Assembly: GCA_040357565.1 (NCBI GenBank) | Contig: JBDODJ010000011.1 | Reading direction: 5' to 3' (one strand) | Origin: Cercozoa sp. M6MM | Lineage: Eukaryota; Protista; Endomyxa: Ascetosporea | DNA length: 64,000 nucleotides | Part shown: in pieces, positions 53,701 to 64,000 of the stretch | Layout: each line of letters begins with the position of its first letter | Numbering within the stretch: the first letter of the stretch is position 1 | Program-made: the position numbers and the translations under genes | Notes under the pieces: model-generated | The model's database searches: none | The model's input: the letters and a program-made list of their open reading frames with translations, nothing else | What the model was told of the DNA's origin: nothing

Positions 53701-55182
53701 GGGCGCAGGAGAAGAAACGCGTGCTGGCCGAGCGGCAGCAGCGTCGGCAGCTGGTCCGCGCGGCTACAGGTCTCGACCTGCCGCATGACCAGGTGCGCAG
53801 CAGTATCATGCGCCGCGCACTCACCGAGGGCCGCAGTCTGGGCTGCCTGGTGGACATGGCGCTGATGCCCGAGGGAGTCAACTCGTTCGCCGAGTCCCTG
53901 GACTCGCAGCAAGACGGCGTGCTGCCGACGGCCTTATCGGGCGAGCATGCGCGCGCTGCCGACCGCCTGCTGCGCTACACGCGTGCCGTGCGACTCACCT
54001 ACCAGGCCGCGATGCAGCAGGCGGTGCGCAAGCTGTGTGCCGCGCAGAGTGAGCTCTCGTCGCTCGTGCCCGACGCCGTGGACGACGACGTGTGCGCCGA
54101 CGCCGCCGGCCGCCTGGCGCTGGTGCGCACGCGCGCCGACCTCAACGAACTCGCCGAGTGGCTCGTGTCGCGTGGCCTGGCGCACTCGCAGCAGGTGCCC
54201 CTACCCCCCCCCCCCCCCACCTTACCTACCTCTACCCCCCTCCCCTACCCCTCCACCTCCCCCCTACCTACCCCCACCTACCTACCTACCTACCACTTTA
54301 ACTACCTCCCTACCCCACCTTACCTACCTCTACCTACCTCCCTACTCCACCTTACCTATCTACCTCCCCTCTACCTACCCCCCCCCCCGCCCCCAGGCAC
54401 CAGCACTAGCCATGCGACTGGTGGAGGCGAGCGGCACTGCCGTGCAGTACGCGATGCAGCATGCGGCGGCCGGTCTGGACGCGCCGGAGCGTTGCGCCGA
54501 CCCGTTCGTGCGGTACTGGCTGCAGACGCCGGTGGAGACCAATGCCGGCACGGAGACGGACACGCGCGGCGTGCTGCGCGCCGAGGTGGCACGTCTCGAG
54601 CAAGGCGGCCGCACACTCAATGTGGCAGCACCGCAGCGCGATGTGTCGGACCTGCTGCAGCACGTGGTGCACGCGGTGCGACACTGCAAGGGCCAGGCGC
54701 TGCATGAGGCACTCAAGCTCGGCCGGCAGCAGCGCGCCGAACTGATGCGTCTCGAGCTGGCGCGTCTCTCGCGCGGCAACCGTCTGCAACTCGAGCTGCG
54801 CAATCTGTCGCCGCAGCAGCAGCCGCGTGTGCTGCTGGCGCTGCTGGAGACACTGGTGCCGCACGAGGCCGGCCGTCTGCGCCAGCAACTCGAGGCTGCC
54901 GAGTCTCGCGAGGACAGCGCGCAGCGCCACAGTGCGCGTGCTGCCGTCACCAAGAAGCTGCGCGAACTCGCGCTTGAGCACTTCGTGAGCGCCGACGACG
55001 ATGCTGTGGTGGACGAGATCCAGGTACAGGCGCCGGCCGAGCTGCACAAGCTGGCCTCGCGACTTGGTGCTGACGACGCTGTGCACCCGCGCCTGCTGGC
55101 CACTGTGCTGGCCAAGGCGCAGTCCAACGCGCCTCCCAGCCTGGTCGATGGCGATGCTGAGAAGTATTATCTCTCTGCATAT

Positions 55183-55234
<52 letters not shown>

Positions 55235-58200
55235 GTATATACATATTTATTATTTATATATTTTGCAGGCTGCTGGAGCAACTGGCCAAGGAGCAAGGCG
55301 TCTCTCTTGACGATCTGTCGCGCAAGGAGTTCAAGCAGGTAGTCCTTGTGTGGACTCACACTTTGCCCTTGTTGCCCCTTACCCCTGTGTGTGTGTGGGA
55401 CAGGTGCGTGAGCTGTGTGCGTCGATCGACCTGCTGCGCGACACGCGTCAGCAGCACGACGACTTTGTGCAGCAGCACGGCGCCTTTGTGGCGGCGCGTC
55501 TCACCTACGACAACATCGACTCGTGCCTCGTGCCGGCACTGCAGAACCCGCGTCTCGCCGCTGCCTGGAAGGAGGTACCCTGCCCTCTATCTACCCTGCC
55601 CTCTCTCTAGTATATACCTCTGCCCTCTATCTAGTATATTCCTCTGCCCTCTATCTACCTGGTGTATACCCCATATCACATACCTAGTGTATACCCCATA
55701 TCACATACCCAGTGTATACCCCATATCACATACCTATTGTATACTCCCCATACCCCCCCCCCCCTCTATGACAGCTGGCAGTGACGGGCGGCTTGACGGA
55801 GTCGACGCTGCCGAGTGTGACAGAGCAAGTGAGGTCGCGCGTGGAGAAGTCGCTCCGCGCGGACGAGCACTTCCACGCGGAGCACGGGCGATACGCGCGG
55901 TCGGTGGCGCCGTCGGAGCATGTGACGCGCGAGCTGCGGCGCTTCCTGCGCGAGAGCGCGTCGATGCTGCCGTCGGAGGAGAGCGACATGGAGGCCGAGC
56001 ACAACGCTGTGATGGCAGCCATGCAGCGCGAGGCCGCTGCCGAGGTCGAAGGCCACGGCATCGGACGCACCGAGGTCGAGGACGGCGAGCGAGTGACGGC
56101 GCCGGTGCGACAGGCCGTGCTGGCCGGTATGTCGCACACGCGTGCCTCGCGCGACGCCATGCGCTCGCTGCTGGACGACGTGGAGCGCTACCTCCGCTGG
56201 GAACGTGCCGCCAACGGTCTCGCCGACGTGCGCGGCGGCCTGGCCGCTGCTGCCAAGCGTGTACCTTGTCCTTACCCCCCCCCCTGTCCTTACCCCCCAC
56301 CCACATGCACACACACACACCACACATCACCACCACAACCTTAACCCCCCCCCCCTCCGCAGCTGCGCGAGCGCAACGTGGCTGACCTGGCGCGTCAGTT
56401 CGACGAGCAGCAGGAGACGCGCGTAGCGTCGACCGAGGCGGCCGAGGCGTGGCAGGCGGCTCGTGTGCAGGACGTGGACCTGCAGTGCATCTCGGTTCTG
56501 GGCCTCCTGGACTACCTGGAGCCGCTGAACGAGAATTTGCGCGAGACCTACATGGAGTCCTTCATGAGTGTTCTGTCGGGCTGCAAGAGCAGCGACGTCA
56601 ACGACATGGTGGCCGTCGACGGCATCGTGGAGGACACGGTGCAGCAGATGCTCGAGGCCACCAAGCAGACCGTGCGACGCCTGTCGCCCAAGGAATCCGA
56701 GGCCGTCTGGAGCTCCTACAAGCTCTGGGCCTACATGCTGCGACGCTGGGCGCGTGCCTATGCCGCGCCTCTCTTTGTCAAGGGCATGGTACCCCGCACC
56801 CATACCCTATCTACTCTATGCTACCTACTCTATCTATGCTACCTACTCTACCAGCCTATCTACTCTATCTATGCTACCTACTCTATCTATGCTACCTACT
56901 CTACTCTATCTATGCTACCTACTCCATCTACAGGGCGCCGGTAGCGACAAGTCGCTGGCCGAGTTGCTGGCGGCTGCCACCGGAGCCGAGGGTCAGACGG
57001 CCATGTACCAGCTGATGGACGCTGTGCCGACTGTGACCCTGGTGGGCGACATTGTGTCGCACCTCCTGTCGCCCGAGGCCATGCACACGCTGCAACAACT
57101 CGTGCTATCGCACAGCAGTCTGTCGCAGCCGCAGCTCCTCGAGATTGTGCGCAAGTTCTCGTCGTCGCGACATGACTCGGTATCTGCTGTCCCCCTGCCC
57201 CCTGTCCCCCTGGCCTACTCTCCAGCTGCTTACCTCTGACCTGCTGCAGCTCACGGAGCACCAGATCGCCGGCATCATGGAGCAGGCCGTACCGGCACTG
57301 CGCGCCATGAAGCAGGAGCTGCCGCTGGTGCCGTGGCTGCCGCAGGCGCTGCGCGAGCGTCTCAGCAACGAGGCCATCGTGCAGAGTGTGCGCGACGGTT
57401 CTACTGTGTCGCTTGAGGGTACCACTCCATGTACATCTGCCCCTCTGTCCAGATGAGCTGTCCAAATGAGCTGTCCAAATGCACCTAGTGTACCCGTGTA
57501 TGTACCGTGTGTGCACAGGCATGCAGGGCTCTCTGCACGAGGCGCTGTTCGGCGCGAGGAGCGAGCTGACGCAGGAGGAGAAGGCGCGTCTGCAGTCGCG
57601 CGCACTGGCGCTGCAGCGTCTGCGCGAGCGCGCGGGCCAGGCGTCGGCGCAGGCGGCGTCGGAGGCGGCGCTGTTCGAGGCGCAGGACGTGGCACTCCTG
57701 CGTATCGACACGGACGAGGCGCGTCTGCGGCAGCGTCTGGAGTGGCTGGCACCCACGACACCGAAGGGCAAGCTCGGTGGCACGGACAATGCCTTCGCAT
57801 GGCTGCGCCGCGAGGACCTGTCGCCCTTTGGCGTGGCCGAGTTGTCGCCTGAGGCGATCTTGCGCTTCGCACTCGCAGAGCACGAACAGGACGACGACGA
57901 GGACATGAGCGACATGCTGACCTACCAGCCTGGTATGGAGGAAGGCCCGCTGGCCGAGCTTGCGAAAGGCCACTGGGGCCAGCGCGACACACTGCGCGTG
58001 CGACCGGCCGACCTGCTGGAGTACTCGGAGCGCTACAAGGAGTTGCTGCCGCCCTCGCTGCTGCAGGAGGCCGGTCGCTCCAGCGAGCGCGTGACGGAGG
58101 AGTTCGAGCGCAGCTTCGCGCAGAGCTGCGGCGATGACGAGACCGCCGAGCTCGAACTGCAGATGCGCCGACTCTTGTTCACCAATGTAAGCTCCCTGCG

Positions 58201-61200
58201 CACACCCCATACATTGCCCATACACCTTGCCCATGCCTGACTTATACTCTTGCTCAAACACCTTCCTCATACACCTTGCACCTTGGTACATTGCACCTTG
58301 GTATATTGGATGTCTCTGTAGGTGACCCTGGCTGCCAATGGCAAGATCAAGCTGGAGTCGTCGATGCCGGGCGAGGCACACGAGGTGGTCGACAAGTTCG
58401 CCGCCGCTCTCAAGCAGGCACGTCAGGATGACGACAGTGCGTGCTTCCCGCTTGTGTAGTTTCGGCTCTACCTTATCCGCTACCCTCTAGTTACCCCCCT
58501 CCCTCCTACAGGCAAGCGAACTTTGCGCGACTGCTGGACCTGCGTCGTCGTGCGCAGCTCGGAGACCAGTTGCCGGCGGCGCTGCGCGACCTGGTGTTCA
58601 AGTTCGACGCCTTCGTGACGCTGGCGCTGGACGCGCGTCCCATGGCGCGTCACTGGAGCGATGTGGCTGTACCTCTCTTACCTCATCCCCCCCCCTATCA
58701 TTACTCCGTATCTCCCCGGTAGAAGAAGCACGAGGAGTCGGGCGAGCCGCTGGTGGACCTGCGTTCGGAGGCGCAGCGTCGTGAGACGGGTGCAGTGTCA
58801 ACAGGTGCCTCGGATGTCGAGCTGCGCGACGAGCTGGCAGCACGTGTGGCCGAGGTGCAGAGCCTCAGCTTCAAGGACATGGTGCTGGCCTCGGCGTCGT
58901 TGGGCGAGTCGCTGCAGCGTCTGCGGCCCGAGGAGGCACGTGCTCTGGCCGAGGCACGTGCGGCCGGGTCGAACGCCGACTCGAAGGACACGTCCGAGCT
59001 CTTTGCCAAGAGCGCCGTGTATGGTGCACTGCGCGATGCGGCCGAGTCGCAGCGCTCGGCACTGGAGGACCAGGGTGCGCGACAGCTGCGCCGCCTGCTC
59101 TCGGTGCGCGACGCTGTGGTGGAGGCGCTGCCGCTCATGCGCGGCCTCGCTCTGGCCGACGAGCAGGTGCCGCTCAGCGAGATGTCCAGTCGTCTGCACG
59201 CGCTGTGGCGCCAGGCCGCCGACTCGGCAGCCGAGCTGCAGCAGGCACGCGGCAACTTCGCCGCCGGCCGCTCGGCCTCGCGGCCCGACGACGCCGTGCC
59301 TGCGCAGATCGAGCGCTTCTGGCAGCGCGTGCGCGTGCACGGCGACGCTGCTCTGGTCGACGAGGCGCGCCAGTGGATGCAGATGTATGAGACGCGTCTG
59401 CTTGAGGTAGCTTACCCCTGTGTGTACCCTGTATGTACCCCCTGTGTACATCCTGTATGTCTTGTACCCCTGTATGTACCCTGTGTGCACGATGTATATA
59501 CGGTATATACCCCAATGTGCCAGGCCGAGAAGCGGCACACGGGCAAGGCGACGACGCTGCTGGACGACCTGCTGGGCCGGTCGCGCGCGCAGCGCGTGGC
59601 ACACGTGCACGCCGCCAAGGACGCGCTGGCCAGCGACGAGGTCATCCGGCAGGTGGACGAGCTGCACGCGCAGCCCGGCATGCAGGCCGTGATGCGGCAG
59701 CGTGCGCGCGCACTGCACGTGGCACGTGCCATGTCGCAGCTGCAGCCGGCGCTCGAGCAGCAGCTGCTGGACGAGGACCGCGTGGCCGAGCTCTACGAGA
59801 GCGACAACACCAACTGGCGTCTGCGCAAGCACGAGGACATCCCGGGCTCGCAGGAGCGACGCGACACGCTGGTGCGCCAGGCCGAGGAGCGCCTGCAGCA
59901 GGCCAAGGCCGAAGGTGTGGCGCCCAGCAAACTCGAGAAACTCGAGCTCGCCGTCGAGGATGCCAAGTTCCGCGCCAAGCTCTCCGAGACCGAGGGTGCT
60001 GCCCACATGCACGGCAACGTCACTGACCTCAACGTCGATCAGCTGCCCAGTACGTTTGTCCTACCCTAGGCCCTAGGCCCTACCCCTATGTTCTACTCCT
60101 ATGTTCTACCTACCCCTATGTTCTACCTGCCCCTATGTCCTACCTGCCCCTATGTCCTACCTGCCCCTATGTCCGACCCCATGTGTCCTGCCCCTATGCT
60201 AACCCTTGAGTGCAGCCGAGATTATGCGACGACAGGACATGCAGTGGCTCATGGATGCCGAGTACGAACTCAAGCTCTCCCCTGGTATTCTTCCCCCCCC
60301 CCTACTTGACCCCCTCACCTTGGCCCTTTACCCCTGGGTGTGGATAGAGGAGTACGAGAATGTGCGCACGGATCGAGCACGCAAGCTGCACGCACTGCGC
60401 ACGCAGGCGCGTTACGCGAACCGTCCGTCGCCTGCTGCGGTATACCTTGTTCTTAGCCTCCTCCCCCTACCCCTCTACCTTTGCTTGGTCTTGGCAGCTG
60501 GCTGCCGACAGTGCCGTGCAGGGCGAGCGCGACGAACTCTTTGGCTTTGGCGTCGGTGTGCCCGAGCAGTCGCGTCTCGAGCAGGTCGGTCTGCGCGTGG
60601 CTGATGTGTACACGCCGGCCGTGACGAGCAAGGAGGAACTCACACCTGCCGGCGGCCTGGCCTACCTGGCATCGACGATGCGACGACAGATGCGTCATGA
60701 GGCGCAGGAGCGTCGTGCAAGAGGCAGTGCTGGCAACGTGGCCGCGCGACGTGGCCAAATCACTCAGGGTACCTATTAAGCACATACTTTTATATATATA
60801 TATATATATTGTGTATTATATATTATATATATTCTATTATGTTATATTTATACACATTGTGTAGAGATGGACGAGGCCGGCCGATTGATGGCGCGCGCAC
60901 AGGTGCGTCGTCTGCGACTGAACGCACTGGCCGCCGTGGCCAGGAGACTGCAGAGACGTGAGGTGTCGCTGCCGGCCGACACGTCGGAGGTGTCGCTGAC
61001 GGCCGCGCGTGCCGCACTCGAGGGCCAGGTGCCGTCGTCTCGCCGCGAGATGGCCCTGTTGGCGCAGGCCGCCGGTAGTGCCGACGCATTGCGCGCCCTG
61101 GTGCGACGTGGCGACGCCGAACTCGTCGTGTCGCTGCTCGAGCAGTGCTCGCGACAGACTGATGTGGTACTCCCCCCTCTGTCTGTGTGTCTGTGTCCAT

Positions 61201-61669
61201 ACGGATTGGTACCCTGTGTGTGTGGTAGAGCACGCTGACGCAGGCGTCGCGCGAGCAGTTCGACGAGCTGGTGGCGCCGCTGGCGTCGCGTCTGGCGCAC
61301 GCGCAGCTCGTGTCGCTGCCGGCGTACTTCTCGCGCGAGAGCGACGTGGCCTTCGTGGGCGACCGACGCACGCGCCGCGAGGCCGAGAACCGCGCCGGCA
61401 CGCTCTTTGTCGACCGACGCAGCAACACCTGGCGACTCGCCGACTCGGACGCCGACGTTGCCCTCGAGCCCGACTGGGTCGCCATGCGCGAAGAGGCCGC
61501 CGAGCAGGACACGCTCGACGACGGTACCGCTGGTGTCGCCGGTGACGTCTGGCTGCCGCGCAAGCACAACGACATCGACCGGCGTGTGGCCTCGCTGCTG
61601 TCGCCGCAGGACGGCGGTCTCATGCAGATCATGCGTCACGGCCAGTACAAGAGCATGAACCCCGAGTAA
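50759..61669 (+). CDS. Giant (~2,600 aa, ~26 exons) helical orphan protein with a mitochondrial-type presequence
   Basis: Start MVRLSTVQLRRAARASSRLRASRGQRRAIT. High-GC3 exons join in frame across ~25 GT-AG introns, most checked individually (e.g. 51299-51432, 51721-52000, 53160-53435, 59407-59523). Ends GQYKSMNPE* at 61669. Confidence 0.85.
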
Positions 61670-61830
61670 GCCGCCGCTGCCGCTGCCCACTCGCTTTCTT
61701 CGCTTATTTAATCATTTATCGTTTCAGCTTCACCCGGACTTCGCCATACCCGCTTCACCCCAGTTAAAGTACTGGCGTGGTCGCGTCGCAGTGCTCCTAG
61801 TCTCAATTCAGTTCAGTTTAACGTCGTTGT

Positions 61831-63600
61831 TCAGTGGGGGCCAGGAGAACTCTGTGAGTGCGGCAGCGGTGGGAGTGAGTTCGATCGCTCTGCCCGTCGG
61901 ATCATCCAGTTCGGGATACAATTTAGGCAGCCAGTGGACCCTGTGGGGTTTGAAGGCGGCGTGAAGTCACCAATGTCGAACAAAGTGGTGTGGTTCCCCA
62001 GCACTGTCCAACGAACATTCAATCGGAGTATAGTATAGTATCTAGGTCGCTAGACATGTGAATGAACAGTAGCACCTGACACGAGATCACTCGCAACCTG
62101 TTCGTGCAGCTCTCGCAGTGCGCGCATCATATCCTGACATCGCCGCACGATCAGTGTGGATTCTTCCTCCTCTGTCGGCTTTCGTCGGCTGCCTTCTTGT
62201 AGTGCCTGTGTGTGGCATGCACCGACACAGCAATTTAGACGGTACGCAGATATCTGTCGTTTATTAGTATCTCCGTACCAAGATGCGTGTGTTCCACCGC
62301 TGGTACAGCTTTCTTGCATGTCGACGAATTTCGAAAGGAATTTCATGCTCCGACAACGCGAGCTGTTGCTCATTCTCGTATGGAATAGCAGTCGTCCGCA
62401 GTTTTTCGTTTCGCCATCGTTCGTAGGGACCTTGCAGCGCATTTTGCAAGAAAACTGCCAACACACTTTATTCCTAAACGCAGTGCCGGTGTTTGTTAAG
62501 TTTGTCGATATTACATTCAGTTTGGCTGTCAAGTAACGTGTCAGTTGTGCGGCTTTGGAATGCAACATGGCGTCGAAGCGCTAGCTCCCATGCGGTTCGG
62601 TCGCTGTCTGACATGCATGAAATGCAACAGTTTTGTTTGTACGCAGTTGAGCAAACTGAAACTAAACTGTGTTTACCAAAGTTGGACACACAAGACGTGG
62701 CCTACAACAACAGCAAGCGTGCACAACAACAGTAGCATACTAGTTCCGTGCACAAAACAAAGCAAATTTAACAGTGAGTTTACCGAAAAGATGCGTGTGG
62801 CATGGCCTTGCCTGTTGAGACCCAGTCAATGCAATAAAGTGACTGTCCCCGCGGACCAATGTCAGACAAGCTGTTTTACTACAATTGTACACCAGCAGGT
62901 TGCAGTTGAGTAGCGATGAGGACTTGGTTGCTCATCGTGTCAACTTGTCTGCCAGTACTGCTGGCAAAAACGCTATTACGCCGGGTCTCATTGCTTAGCT
63001 TTGAAATGGCAGATTCGCCGCCGTTCAATGAAGAAGAGATACTGCGACGCGAATACTTTCACTTCAACTTCAGTGCGTGGTACCCGTTCTCGCTATTGCT
63101 CGGGTTGCCACAATTCCATCAAGACAATGCCCCCCCCCCCCGCCCCCAGGGAAGAAGTTTTGCGCTTGCGGGACGAAAGAGCAACAGCACCGAAACAATG
63201 CAACGGATGTGACGGTCACTCCTGTAACTGTTTGGTATTGTTCAGGGCGGCGTCACCCGCCGTCTCGTCGAAAAAACTAAGTTTACTTTATTATTGTGTC
63301 GCACAGATGTCGCATTCGACGTGCTGTTTCTTCCTCCTGCGGTCACACTGATTTTTAACGCAGGCGATGTGATAGACTTGCCAAACGACCGGTACTTATG
63401 GCGGGCTATAGACTGGAAGGTGTTGCGACTGGCAGTTAAAATGACGCTACTTTCTTTCCTTTGCGAAACACAAACAAGACTTCTCTCGCGCATAGGACAC
63501 GCCGACAGGAGAATCGCTCATTGTGTCAAACAGAGGCATCATTGGTCTCACTTACAACCCACACTCTGAACATATCATCAGGGTATATTTGTAACATGTT
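61831..63600 (-). CDS. Hypothetical gene, probably entering from beyond the terminal gap
   Basis: Ser-rich exon-like segments (KYSRRSISSSLNGGESAISKLSNETRRNS; EEEESTLIVRRCQDMMRALRELHEQ); no family recognised. Confidence 0.35.
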
Positions 63601-63705
63601 AGAGTATTTCGTTGGAGTTGCGTTTGATGTTGTTTTAGTTGGAACCTGCGTTTGATATAAGCAGACCTGAACTCGTCATGGTTACGGTACCTAATCTGTA
63701 GTAGT

Positions 63706-64000
<295 letters not shown>

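Noticed and set aside
54375-60012. Long minus-strand ORFs over the giant gene
   Set aside because: Antisense shadows of high-GC3 coding exons.

Overview
Compact, intron-rich eukaryotic (protist-like) genomic DNA. It uses the standard code and GT-AG introns and has four N gaps; an 18S fragment looks broadly SAR-like, but the taxon cannot be fixed from this window. Genes recognisable after manual splicing: a GT61 glycosyltransferase, a TKL-type kinase with no Gly-rich loop, ferroportin, Rab escort protein, an SRR1-domain protein, a very divergent and probably slicer-dead PIWI/Argonaute, and a ~2,600-aa orphan with a mitochondrial-type presequence. Several hypothetical genes are also present. 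Mobile DNA: a 3'-truncated Ty3/Gypsy element and a decayed RT-RNase H LINE. The most striking observation is the Gypsy single ORF: where Gag/capsid should be, it has three hydrophobic segments, a charged linker, a coiled coil and a zinc knuckle, with no recognisable capsid domain and no clear tRNA primer-binding site. Its broken 3' end carries a 96-bp copy of its own 5' region and lies next to an 88-bp 18S rRNA fragment. Window-wide patterns: intron-confined minisatellites that are C-rich on the sense strand, and strong over-representation of GTAAATTTA(C). All gene models were spliced by eye, so boundaries are approximate.
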